Sequence record: NC_048170.1 | DNA length: 64,000 nucleotides | DNA from: Escherichia phage vB_EcoM_Goslar | Direction: 5' to 3' (one strand) | Shown: positions 55,117-64,000 of the stretch, piece after piece | Position numbering within the stretch: the stretch's first letter is position 1 | Layout: the number at the start of each line of letters is the position of its first letter | Notes under the pieces: model-generated | What the model was told of the DNA's origin: nothing | Seen by the model: the letters and a program-made list of their open reading frames with translations, nothing else | Databases searched by the model: none | Program-made: the position numbers and the translations under genes

Positions 55117-58100
55117 TTACTTGTAGGCACCGCAATGTGCTTTGATGAGGAAAAGCACCGCTTGCATCGGTTTATTGAACTGTTGCCATAACGTCAATGC
55201 AGGATGGAACAACCAATCTTCCAGGCCAAGAACAATACCGTAGTTAACGACATTATTAACATCGTTCTCAACGTTGAGTTCGCTGTCCAGGAATTTATCG
55301 ATTGAACGCAGGGTCTGCATGGCGTTGTCAGCAATAAGCCAAGCTTCATGTGCTTCACGAGCCGCACGCAGCACTGCCTCCAGTTCGCTGATAGTAGCTA
55401 CCGGTAATTCCTCACTGGTGAGGTCGTCAGAAACCGTAAACTGGCGATTGATACCGGTGTAGATCCACTGCATCAGTTTCGCTGCTTCCTCGTTCGGGTT
55501 GTTGCGCGTTGTCGCATAAGTCGCGCTCACCTTCACGATGTGCGTTTCACCAAGATACGCTTTGGACCCAACACCTTTACGATCGCTGTCTTTCCACGGT
55601 TGTACGGTAGCGACCATGAGCTTATCCCATTTCTGAATAGGAATACGCTTCAGACCAACAACCGATCCGGCGGATGTTTCGGACTGGTTGCTCTTCCGCA
55701 CTTCGCTGAGCTCACGATCGATAGCAACGATTAATTCACGCGTCATGTTACCGAGCATTTTGATTTCACCCAACGCAGCGATGAGCTTCTTCACATCGGT
55801 AACAGGTTCACCACCGATGGTAAGATGACGGATGAAACGTTTCAGAATAATCCGTTCCGCTGCTGGATTACCGCGACGCGCTTTGGCCAGCGCTTGCTGT
55901 GTTTCGGCGAACAGCTTATCCCATGGAGCCGTAGCGGCGGTATAGTAACGGTGGTTGGTTTCAATCCAGTTACCGATACGGTTGACCGCGCTCTTAACGG
56001 TATCCATGAATCCTTCCATCGCAATTTCGGTAGCTTCCACGTTACCCTGGAAGTTATCAGGACCGATCTCGCGTGCCGCTACCAGAATACCTTCCACCGC
56101 ACTCACCGCATGACGACCGATAGCCAGATTTCGCTGCGCTTCTTCAGCACGCTCAACGAATTCCACTACCGCAGGATCGTCGACGATTTCCGCCTCGGCA
56201 ACAGCACGCGTACCCGCATCACCTTCCAGCGTTTCGATGGTGACAACCGGATCGTTTTCACCGGCAACATCCTGGTACTCTTCCTGTTTGAGATCGCCGT
56301 TATCAGCCGCTGCGACAGCGGTGAGTATACGGACGGTAACATCACCGAGTTCTTTTGCAGTGAATCCGTAGACGGTGCATGCTGTTGTCGCAAAGTTCAT
56401 CAGTGTGCGTGTGCGTTTAACGATGTAGCCAACATCATAATCGCTACCGCTCTTATCGATGTCACGGATTAACCGTTCAGCTGTCTCCTGAAGTTGTGTA
56501 GCTGCTTTCAGAAGGTCTTCGTCAAACAGTTTCGTTGACGCATCGATCAGCATATCAACGCTAACGTTAGACGGTACAGCATCATCCTGCTGTTTCATGG
56601 CGCTAAGTTCGTCACGGAACTTACGAATACCGTCTAAAGCGGCGTCAGCGGTATGTCCGAACGCAGCCACGCCTGACATTGTTGTTGCCGTCAGCATGTC
56701 TGAATCTGCGTTTGGACTTTCGCCTTCTTTAAGATTCTTCAACTGGTCGAAGAACTTACGAGATGCTTCAGCGATACGTTTACTGTCTTTGACCGCGTTT
56801 ACGATCTTATCGACAGATTTAGCGTCGTTCGCGAGCAGAGTATCCAGTTTATTCCACTCAACGTCAACCTTCTTGGTATCGCTTGGTGGTGGAAGCAGTT
56901 TCATCACTGGCGTTGTACGTTGTTCTTTGGTGAGCTTATCGGCCTTCTCATCGATTTTCTTTTTACTAACACCGAAGAGTTTTCTTAGGCGTGCCACGAT
57001 TGCTTTTAAGAACTTCGCGACCGCTTCGTAAACCGATTTCAGAATCTGTTTAAAGCGACCTGGCTGCTTTTCCCCGTCTTCCAGATTGAGATCGCTATTC
57101 AGTGCGACATCAAGCTGTTTGTACGATTCCATGATGTATTCGTCTTTGATTTCAGGACGAATCTCGAAGCTTTCCATCGGACCTTCAGCCGGACGGAATT
57201 CCATTTTCAGTTCGCCTTGCAGGGTAGGGTCGATAATAGCGATAGCTTCACCCTGACCATCAGCGTTAAAGCGTTCAGCGTAACGAGTACGGCGAACAAT
57301 AACACTCTTATCCCCATCAAGACGACGTACCACCATGGTGCCAGGAATGTACGGTTGTTCTGTTTCAATGACGGTTACATCTGCTTCACCTTCGCCGAGA
57401 ATAACCGATGCGCGCTGTTCAACAACAGGAACATCTAATACGCCACGGGCTTCCAGCTCTTGACGAATTTCGAACGACTCTTGTTTCAGATCTTCATCTT
57501 CTTCGTTTTCGTCGTCTTCATCATCGTCACCTTTGGTGTTTTCATTACCCTCGGTGGTTGTGGTGTTTGTAGCAGCAGCGTCGGCGTCTGTGTTGGTAGG
57601 TTCTTCGGACGCAGGTTCGGTGGTGCCGTCCTCGGCAGGCGTTTCGTCAGCGTTATCGACGTCAACATCACCTTGCAGCTCCGTTTCTTGAGCAACTGCT
57701 TCGGCTTTCTGCTCGCCGGTATTACCATCATTAGCGTCGACAACAGGTTGTTCGTCAGCGACGGTATCTTCAACCTTTTCTACTTTCTCCACGACACGTT
57801 TAATCACGGTGACTTTGATGGGTTCTTCCGTTGTTTTGGTTTCTGGCGTCACCTCGGCTGCCGCAGCCGCTGTTTCAGCAACAGGTTCTGCTTTTTCCGG
57901 TTCGACGACATTACCTTTAACACCTTCGGTGGTTTCTGCAGGTTGCGCTGCCTGTTCGATTTGCGCCGGATTGGTTGGATCGATGGCGTTAGCCGCATCC
58001 TGAATCTTGTTCTTCAGGTTGTCGCGGTCAGCGTTAACGGTCGGGTCGTTGGTCACTTTCGGTGCCGGTGTTTCGGTCGGCGCGTTTGCCGGATACGGGT

Positions 58101-58494
58101 TCTTCGGCTCCTCGCCAGGTGCGGTCGGTACCGCGATCAGAACGAACGGCTGAACGTCGTTACCGTCTTCCATGGTTACGCCGCCGTTGCTTGGCGTGAA
58201 ACGGATTCGCAAACTACCATCGATAGGACGGGTCACAATAACAGCACGTACGACATCCTCGCCGTTTTCATCTGTGCTACGAATCACGCGAACAGCGTCA
58301 TCAACGGTAGCCCCTTCCTCGAGCGTATCTGATTCGATCGTCGCTTCGATGCTGTCTGGCCGTGCCGCTGTAGGTAATGCGATCACTTGCTCTTCTTTAT
58401 CAGTAGAAAGCGTTGCTTTGACTTCGATAGGTGTATCGCCGCTTTCCAGGTTAAGATGCGACTTACGCATCAGATCAGCTAACGATTTTTTCAT
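55117..58494 (-). CDS. large hypothetical virion-type protein with acidic low-complexity region
   Basis: 1125 aa; central Thr/Glu/Asp/Ala-rich disordered segment including DDDEDDENEEDEDL; internally duplicated ~80-aa unit (ESFEIR motifs). Confidence 0.5.
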   Translation of the reverse strand: MKKSLADLMRKSHLNLESGDTPIEVKATLSTDKEEQVIALPTAARPDSIEATIESDTLEEGATVDDAVRVIRSTDENGEDVVRAVIVTRPIDGSLRIRFTPSNGGVTMEDGNDVQPFVLIAVPTAPGEEPKNPYPANAPTETPAPKVTNDPTVNADRDNLKNKIQDAANAIDPTNPAQIEQAAQPAETTEGVKGNVVEPEKAEPVAETAAAAAEVTPETKTTEEPIKVTVIKRVVEKVEKVEDTVADEQPVVDANDGNTGEQKAEAVAQETELQGDVDVDNADETPAEDGTTEPASEEPTNTDADAAATNTTTTEGNENTKGDDDEDDENEEDEDLKQESFEIRQELEARGVLDVPVVEQRASVILGEGEADVTVIETEQPYIPGTMVVRRLDGDKSVIVRRTRYAERFNADGQGEAIAIIDPTLQGELKMEFRPAEGPMESFEIRPEIKDEYIMESYKQLDVALNSDLNLEDGEKQPGRFKQILKSVYEAVAKFLKAIVARLRKLFGVSKKKIDEKADKLTKEQRTTPVMKLLPPPSDTKKVDVEWNKLDTLLANDAKSVDKIVNAVKDSKRIAEASRKFFDQLKNLKEGESPNADSDMLTATTMSGVAAFGHTADAALDGIRKFRDELSAMKQQDDAVPSNVSVDMLIDASTKLFDEDLLKAATQLQETAERLIRDIDKSGSDYDVGYIVKRTRTLMNFATTACTVYGFTAKELGDVTVRILTAVAAADNGDLKQEEYQDVAGENDPVVTIETLEGDAGTRAVAEAEIVDDPAVVEFVERAEEAQRNLAIGRHAVSAVEGILVAAREIGPDNFQGNVEATEIAMEGFMDTVKSAVNRIGNWIETNHRYYTAATAPWDKLFAETQQALAKARRGNPAAERIILKRFIRHLTIGGEPVTDVKKLIAALGEIKMLGNMTRELIVAIDRELSEVRKSNQSETSAGSVVGLKRIPIQKWDKLMVATVQPWKDSDRKGVGSKAYLGETHIVKVSATYATTRNNPNEEAAKLMQWIYTGINRQFTVSDDLTSEELPVATISELEAVLRAAREAHEAWLIADNAMQTLRSIDKFLDSELNVENDVNNVVNYGIVLGLEDWLFHPALTLWQQFNKPMQAVLFLIKAHCGAYK

Positions 58495-58509
58495 AAAGCG
58501 TTATTCCTC

Positions 58510-59616
58510 TTAAAAGTAATATTTCAGCGCCTCGCGAGAGACATCAAGCATAGCCGCTGTTGAATTCGTAAAGAACTCGGCATAGCCCACAAGCGGCACC
58601 TTGATCCACGCGGTATACGCTGTAAGGTATCGAGAAAGGGCTACCATAGCATCATCAGAAGCAGTAGTAACTGACAACTGACCTTGTTGACGATAAACGT
58701 CGTTAAGTTTTGCTTGTAGATTCCCTGCGATTTCGAGTAACTCGTTGGCGTACTTTTTACGATGGTAACTAACCAGCAAATCAACACCCGTATTTACAGA
58801 CTCGAGTAGAAGACCAACTTGTTCTAATGTTGGCATTGTAACCACCATATCCCGTTCAACGGATGGGACATCCTGGACTTCAAACCGTGCGGATTGAATG
58901 GCGAGGGACTGTTGAATTGATCCAGAACCTGAAGCGGTAACTTGATCGAGTCGTAGCATACGGTTGCCCAGTAACGTCACGTTGACGAGTTTCGATTCGT
59001 TCAGCGTACTGTAGACTTTATGCAATAACGTATACGCATCACGGTTAATCACATCGATTAATGCGGTATCCGTCTGTTTTAAGATAATGTCGAGTGCTCT
59101 ATCTAACGTATTAGCGAACTGCTTAAAATCATCACGGAACGACGAAGACAAGAGATATTCAGCGATCGCTAAATTCTGTTTGTATAACGTATTCCCGGTT
59201 GTGAAATCGAACCCAAAACTGTTCCCATACCGTAGGTGCGGAGCCAACGTCGACGAAGCTTCGAAGCTTTGCGCGATAGGTTTACGACCAACGGCTTTTG
59301 TGTAGTGACGGCGGATGTTGCTGAGTTCGAGCTGTAGTGCGCGACTACGATCGATAAACCGTGCGATAAACGCGGTAATGTTCCGCAACGTTGTCCAGAT
59401 TGCATCGATGATAGCTTTGATGATCTTCATCGCAAGTTGATCGTACGATTCCATTGTGAGGAGATCAGCACTTTCCGTGGTATAACTGGTTGATAGCATA
59501 CCACCCGCTTGCTGATAAATAAGCTGGTGAATTTGTCGTTGCGTTGCTGTCTCTGGCACAGGTAATGTTTTTAACAAGCTTAACGCTTGAATCTGTCCAT
59601 CATTGGTCTGCAGCAT
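58510..59616 (-). CDS. paralog family B protein (tandem array member)
   Basis: Track ORF 58510..59667; ATG at 59614-59616 has SD TGAGGAA; shares the helical core LTMESYDQLAMKIIKAIIDAIW with the three downstream ORFs. Confidence 0.45.
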   Translation of the reverse strand: MLQTNDGQIQALSLLKTLPVPETATQRQIHQLIYQQAGGMLSTSYTTESADLLTMESYDQLAMKIIKAIIDAIWTTLRNITAFIARFIDRSRALQLELSNIRRHYTKAVGRKPIAQSFEASSTLAPHLRYGNSFGFDFTTGNTLYKQNLAIAEYLLSSSFRDDFKQFANTLDRALDIILKQTDTALIDVINRDAYTLLHKVYSTLNESKLVNVTLLGNRMLRLDQVTASGSGSIQQSLAIQSARFEVQDVPSVERDMVVTMPTLEQVGLLLESVNTGVDLLVSYHRKKYANELLEIAGNLQAKLNDVYRQQGQLSVTTASDDAMVALSRYLTAYTAWIKVPLVGYAEFFTNSTAAMLDVSREALKYYF

Positions 59617-60901
59617 TGCTGGTTTCCTCAAGTTCGAGATGCGCGTCAAGATAATCATTAAGACCATCGATGACGTCGCAGACAGTTAACAGGAATCGGG
59701 CAAAAGCAACCGCCTGGAAGCCGACGACGTTACGCGCGATACCCACGCGTTGAACGATAGCGGATGCTGCGGTATCGTTATTGCCCATCTGTTGTAGCAA
59801 ACGTTCATACGGTTGAATCCATTCGTCCTGGTCGGCAAGGCTTGCTTCAAGACAACGTTTAAATTCCAACTGTCGTAGCGTAGACCATAACGTACTTAAT
59901 GCGTTGATGATCGCGTTGGTTCCGTCGATAACATCGTTTAACGGTAAGAAACGGAATCCGTCTTTTGCTGATTGGAAAGGTGCGGCTTCCCACACAACGC
60001 TGAACTGCGTTCCTGTTGCGTCTTCGATGTTGTGTAATTTAAGATAGGAAGCACCAACAGGAACGTCAACGACCAGATCGTCTGTTCCGGTAGGTGTTAA
60101 CGGCTTCTCGCATAACGCCTCGTTGATGGCCTCGAGAATATTCTCCCAACAGGCTTCGTTTTCCGCAGCGATACCTTCTTTGTTATCCGCTGATGGTGCT
60201 TTTAGTAGCTGCATTAATAACGGATCAAGTTGACGGTGCCATGCTGCGAGGATTCCTGTGTTCGTTACGATGTTTTCTGCGGTTTGTCGTAAATCAGCAA
60301 TACTGCTTACCGCACCGCCTTTCGGATGGAGATATCGCCAGTTGTAGGGAAAGTTCTCCCAGAATGCGTTATCTTCATCGACGTCGTATTCGGAAATAGT
60401 TTTCAACGCAGCCGCTTTCTTTAATAACGGCTTCACCTGACGAACGAATCGACGATAACAGCGATTGCAGATATCGATCGCATAGCGGTATAATTCGTTC
60501 ATGTAAAGCCATAATGCACGGGTTGCTTCTTTTGCTGTCTTGTCAAAACTTTCCATGTTCAGACTCATCCCGCTGGAAGTTTCCTCTTCCAGACCCTCGA
60601 TGATGTGGTTTGGATCCATCCCCATCCCGGCTGCTGCGGTCGATGCGATATGTTTGATGGTGTTGATATCGCGTTCCTCGACTTCAGCCATGTTTGGGAC
60701 AATATCCAGCCTGAGTTTATTTAATGTTTGAAGGTGTTGTTCACCTTCTTTCATCGCCGTGTTTGTTTCGTCGATTGAGTGAAACTGATTCTCAATATTA
60801 CTGGCATCGAGAATGTTGCCAGCGATACCGAACGATTCTACAGGTTCATCATCAATCCCTTGAAACAACGATGTCATGGGTTGTTGTAACACGTTTTCCA
60901 T
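59600..60901 (-). CDS. paralog family B protein
   Basis: Conserved IKHIASTAAAGMGMD and ALWLYMNELY blocks; SD TAGGAG. Confidence 0.5.
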   Translation of the reverse strand: MENVLQQPMTSLFQGIDDEPVESFGIAGNILDASNIENQFHSIDETNTAMKEGEQHLQTLNKLRLDIVPNMAEVEERDINTIKHIASTAAAGMGMDPNHIIEGLEEETSSGMSLNMESFDKTAKEATRALWLYMNELYRYAIDICNRCYRRFVRQVKPLLKKAAALKTISEYDVDEDNAFWENFPYNWRYLHPKGGAVSSIADLRQTAENIVTNTGILAAWHRQLDPLLMQLLKAPSADNKEGIAAENEACWENILEAINEALCEKPLTPTGTDDLVVDVPVGASYLKLHNIEDATGTQFSVVWEAAPFQSAKDGFRFLPLNDVIDGTNAIINALSTLWSTLRQLEFKRCLEASLADQDEWIQPYERLLQQMGNNDTAASAIVQRVGIARNVVGFQAVAFARFLLTVCDVIDGLNDYLDAHLELEETSNAADQ

Positions 60902-61008
60902 TTGGGACTCCTACGTAGGAAAATCTTGGCGGGTGATCATGTCCGCCATTTACCTTCTGAACCGTTGATTCAGAAGTCAAAAGATAACCGGATACCAACG
61001 CCATAAAA

Positions 61009-61041
61009 CCTTCCTCCAACCCGTAAGGGAAGGAGGAAGGG
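61009..61041 (-). terminator. conserved intergenic stem-loop terminator
   Basis: ccttcctcc-aa-ccc-gtaa-ggg-aa-ggaggaagg; minus-sense followed by UUUUAUGGCG. Confidence 0.6.
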
Positions 61042-61050
61042 ATATAGTGG

Positions 61051-62340
61051 TTATGCTTTTTCGGTTACAGCATCGAAGTATTTCGCTGCAGCAAATACGG
61101 CATCCGCATATTGACGGTTAGCAACACGGAGGATCTTAGCTGCTAATACCGCACTCAAGAGCGCCATTTCAGAAATGGCGCTTATATAAGGGCGAACGGT
61201 TTCACGATCTGCTTCCGGTAGATTGTCGAGCATACCGTCCCATTTGGTTTTAATTTTCATACCGTTCAGTTTAGCGGTACGTTCGACAGTACTCGTTAAA
61301 CTTTCCGTCTGGTTAAAATACGCAGGGTCAACAATACGAAACGCGTTAAGATACGAAGTCAGTGCGGCTTTCAATTCGTCGTCGTTATTGAAAATGTTCG
61401 CGTTTTCGATACTACCAGTCGCGGTTTCTTCCACTTCGATCTGAATATTCTTCACGAGCGCGCAGGCCTTAATGGTATCTTTCTCAGCCATAAGAGCGTC
61501 AAGACCTTTAACAACATATCGTTTCCCACCGCTTTCTGGTATTTTGAGTCCTTTTAACGCGGGCTTGATGGCGTAAATATAGTCGTCCAGAATATCGGCA
61601 AGTGTCGTCAAATCGGTTAGTTTATTAACTTTCTTGTTAATGTCGTCGGTTTGGAGTAGTAAAAAAGAGGATGCTTGTGTGGATGCCGCTAACTGCTCAA
61701 TATGTTTACGGACCTCCAACGCGTTAACTGTTTTTGCGTTAGGGAACATGCTAATCATATTCCCGGTCGGTTTATTTAGTTGTTTGATGTGACGCTCGCC
61801 TTTATTTACAGCGGTTGCAACATCGGTAATTTTTTTATACGCTACCGCAAGGTTTTTGAAAAGCAGCTGAATCAGTTTACATAACTGTTCAGCCATGTTC
61901 GCAATGATTACCCAAACTGCGTATAGCGCTTGTGCTGCGCGTTCTTTAAAGCCTTCCAGTACGATAGCCTGCCCTTCCACCAAACGATCGTCAGCTTGGA
62001 ACATGTCTTCATCAGACATCCCCAGGTTAGCTGCTGACGTCGAAGCAATCTGGCGGATAAGGGCGATGTCGCTCGCACGTGCTTCAGGGATCGTAGGTGC
62101 GATCATGTACGCGGTATCTTCCAGCGTTGCTGAGGTACGCACCGCAATTTCAGCCAGTTCGCTGGATTCGTCGATCGTCTCGTCGGTGCGTCGAATCACC
62201 AACTCAACTTCGTCCTCTTCAATTTCTGCGTTAGGATCGTTCTGCTCCGCTGGAATTGCCGCAAGAAGATCTTCGGCGCTGAGCAGTGCGAGTTCGAATG
62301 CGTTTTTATTGACGTTATCAAAAAGAGAAATGCGGGCCAT
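61051..62340 (-). CDS. paralog family B protein
   Basis: IRQIASTSAANLGM and LVEGQAIVLEGFKERAAQALYAVWVII blocks; acidic N-terminus; SD AAGGAA. Confidence 0.5.
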   Translation of the reverse strand: MARISLFDNVNKNAFELALLSAEDLLAAIPAEQNDPNAEIEEDEVELVIRRTDETIDESSELAEIAVRTSATLEDTAYMIAPTIPEARASDIALIRQIASTSAANLGMSDEDMFQADDRLVEGQAIVLEGFKERAAQALYAVWVIIANMAEQLCKLIQLLFKNLAVAYKKITDVATAVNKGERHIKQLNKPTGNMISMFPNAKTVNALEVRKHIEQLAASTQASSFLLLQTDDINKKVNKLTDLTTLADILDDYIYAIKPALKGLKIPESGGKRYVVKGLDALMAEKDTIKACALVKNIQIEVEETATGSIENANIFNNDDELKAALTSYLNAFRIVDPAYFNQTESLTSTVERTAKLNGMKIKTKWDGMLDNLPEADRETVRPYISAISEMALLSAVLAAKILRVANRQYADAVFAAAKYFDAVTEKA

Positions 62341-62349
62341 GTTAGTTCC

Positions 62350-63666
62350 TTAACCTTTGGTATAAGCGTTAACGAGAGTGTTGATAAATGAAGTCAGTGC
62401 GCGAAGATACTGGTAAGCGAATTGGTTTTCAATACGGTTCTCTTTACCGCAAAGCAGAATCGCACGCTTAACGAGTTTAGGATAGATCTCGACATACGGT
62501 TGGTAGCTTGCATCAAAATTCTGCTCGTTGAAGCGTTTCATGGTGATTTCCTGGATACGCTCCATGGTGCGAATTTTATTGCGAGAGAATATCTCAGAGA
62601 AAGCACGTCCGCGTTTTGTTACCATCAACAAATCTTTCGCGAACGTCAGTTGTCGAACGCTACGTAATTCGTCAGGTGTTGGCAGGACATACGTTTCTGG
62701 ATCGTTATCCCATTCAACATCTTCAACGATAATATCCAAGTCGAGGTAACGTTTAACAGCATCGATGATGTTGTCTTTTGACGCATCGAATTCTTTCAAG
62801 AAGACTGCGCCGTTGATGTAGCGGATGCGTTTCCCAGAAACTGTTGGGGTGATAACATCAGCACCTTCCACGGAACCGCGATTTTCCAGTGTCGATTTGA
62901 CAGCGTGCAAGAAAGACAGATAATCAACAGGAAGTTTTTCAACCTTATCTAAATGGAAGTCGATGATGTTTAATCCTAACCCATCAATAACTGAATAGCC
63001 GTCCGATTTAAGGAACATCTGATTGAAGGTATCGATGTTGCTTTTCAGCGTGTCTACGCCACCAACGCTGTTACGGTTAGGGAAAAGTGTCCGCCACTCC
63101 GCTTTAAACGCAACCTCTTTATTTTCCTCGTATTTGCCTTTAGGCATTTGTTCGAGGTCTGCAACGGCTTTCTGAAAATTGCGCGTCTCGTCGTAAACAA
63201 GACGGGTAAGCTTCTCGAAGGCTGCTGCCAAGGTCAGGGCAATATCAACAATGATATCCCAGATCTTTTTCATGGCTTTTACAACGGTGTCCTTAAACCC
63301 CTCAACAACCAAAGCTTCTCCAACCTCAACACGATCGGTTGGCGTCAGCAATGCTTCGGAGGGTAGACCCAGAGCAATCGACGCGGATTCTTGAACGTTA
63401 CGAACCAACGCAACATCACTGTAGTTAGCCGATTCGATAGTCGGAGCAACATCAAAACTGATTTCCCGTAATGCAGCAACAGCAGGGAAAGCACGATCAA
63501 GCGCATCTTCATGTTCGTCGATTGCCGCCAAACGTAATTCGACGCCATCGGCATCGATGACTTCAGCGGCAGGCTCCACAGCAAGCGCCTCAGCAACAAT
63601 AGGATCTTTTTCAAACGCCTCAAGGCTGATATCGCCTTGGGTCGCAAATAGCGGTATGTGTACCAT
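62350..63666 (-). CDS. paralog family B protein
   Basis: VRNVQESASIALGL and VEVGEALVVEGFKDTVVKAMKKIWDII blocks; track start is TTG, ATG at 63664-63666 has GGAG spacing 9. Confidence 0.5.
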   Translation of the reverse strand: MVHIPLFATQGDISLEAFEKDPIVAEALAVEPAAEVIDADGVELRLAAIDEHEDALDRAFPAVAALREISFDVAPTIESANYSDVALVRNVQESASIALGLPSEALLTPTDRVEVGEALVVEGFKDTVVKAMKKIWDIIVDIALTLAAAFEKLTRLVYDETRNFQKAVADLEQMPKGKYEENKEVAFKAEWRTLFPNRNSVGGVDTLKSNIDTFNQMFLKSDGYSVIDGLGLNIIDFHLDKVEKLPVDYLSFLHAVKSTLENRGSVEGADVITPTVSGKRIRYINGAVFLKEFDASKDNIIDAVKRYLDLDIIVEDVEWDNDPETYVLPTPDELRSVRQLTFAKDLLMVTKRGRAFSEIFSRNKIRTMERIQEITMKRFNEQNFDASYQPYVEIYPKLVKRAILLCGKENRIENQFAYQYLRALTSFINTLVNAYTKG

Positions 63667-63714
63667 GTGTTGTCTCCAGTAATGATTCAAAAGATAAACC
63701 TGAGCGGCATAGAA

Positions 63715-63746
63715 CCCTCTCCCAACCCGTGAGGGAAGGGAGAGGG
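63715..63746 (-). terminator. conserved intergenic stem-loop terminator (GTGA loop)
   Basis: ccctctccc-aa-ccc-gtga-ggg-aa-gggagaggg; minus-sense followed by UUCUAUGCCG. Confidence 0.6.
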
Positions 63747-63768
63747 AATATGTCAGTTTATTAACTGA

Positions 63769-63999
63769 TTACTGCTGTGCTGCGTCAGCCGGTTTCTCAG
63801 CCGCCTGGCCGCCGTACTCTTTCAGCATTTTAGCAACGCCATCCAGGACAGCGTTACCTGCCTGAACACCGTATTTCATCAGACCGGTCTGCGGGTTCAC
63901 GTAGCAGGAACGTGCGTCTTTCAGTGCAGACAGTACAGCTTGAACACGCTGTTTTTCCTGAGCGGAAACTTCGCCTTTCTTAGACAGATCGGCTTCCAT
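63769..63999 (-). CDS. small protein, predicted highly expressed; 5' end may lie beyond the window
   Basis: 76-aa ORF with strongly optimised codons; ATG at 63997-63999 touches the window edge. Confidence 0.4.
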   Translation of the reverse strand: MEADLSKKGEVSAQEKQRVQAVLSALKDARSCYVNPQTGLMKYGVQAGNAVLDGVAKMLKEYGGQAAEKPADAAQQ

Positions 64000-64000
64000 A

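Noticed and set aside
1-64000. CRISPR array interpretation of the repeated stem-loops
   Set aside because: Copies are kilobases apart, always intergenic, vary in stem sequence with compensatory changes and are strand-oriented with transcription; this is not a regularly spaced repeat-spacer array.
1-64000. Prophage or mobile-element boundary, tRNA or rRNA genes
   Set aside because: No integrase, transposase, att-like direct repeats, or cloverleaf-capable conserved sequences were seen in intergenic regions by eye; coding density and strand bias are uniform. A tRNA scan was not possible, so small RNA genes cannot be fully excluded.

Overview
The window reads as a densely packed segment of a large virulent tailed phage of an enterobacterial-type host (about 57 genes, roughly 90% on the minus strand; no integrase, transposase, rRNA, tRNA or CRISPR array seen). 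Content supported by motifs: a small DNA-metabolism module (thymidylate kinase, RuvC-like resolvase, SbcC/Rad50-like ATPase with a zinc hook), a DnaB-like ATPase on the opposite strand, a GH108-type endolysin, a tail-fibre module (three large fibre/spike genes, two carrying arrays of an ~40-aa 'NPHxVTKAQVGLGNVxN' repeat, one ending in a peptidase-S74-type self-cleaving chaperone domain), a 740-aa codon-optimised candidate major capsid protein (size is jumbo-phage-like), and two paralogous gene families. Most proteins have no assignable function. The most striking signals are non-coding: (1) at least 14 copies of a conserved intergenic stem-loop (9-bp stem, 2x2 internal loop, 3-bp stem, tetraloop) showing compensatory stem changes, nearly always followed by YTATG; (2) four copies of a ~24-nt promoter-like motif placed just after these hairpins and upstream of minus-strand gene blocks; (3) an ~800-bp AT-rich non-coding island with TTATCTT iterons, palindromes and DnaA-box-like inverted repeats (candidate origin or regulatory hub). 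All coordinates were read by eye and may be off by a few nucleotides. The ORF track uses alternative start codons (TTG/GTG), so I moved several starts to the first ATG/GTG with a plausible Shine-Dalgarno; no database search was possible, so functional calls rest on motifs only.
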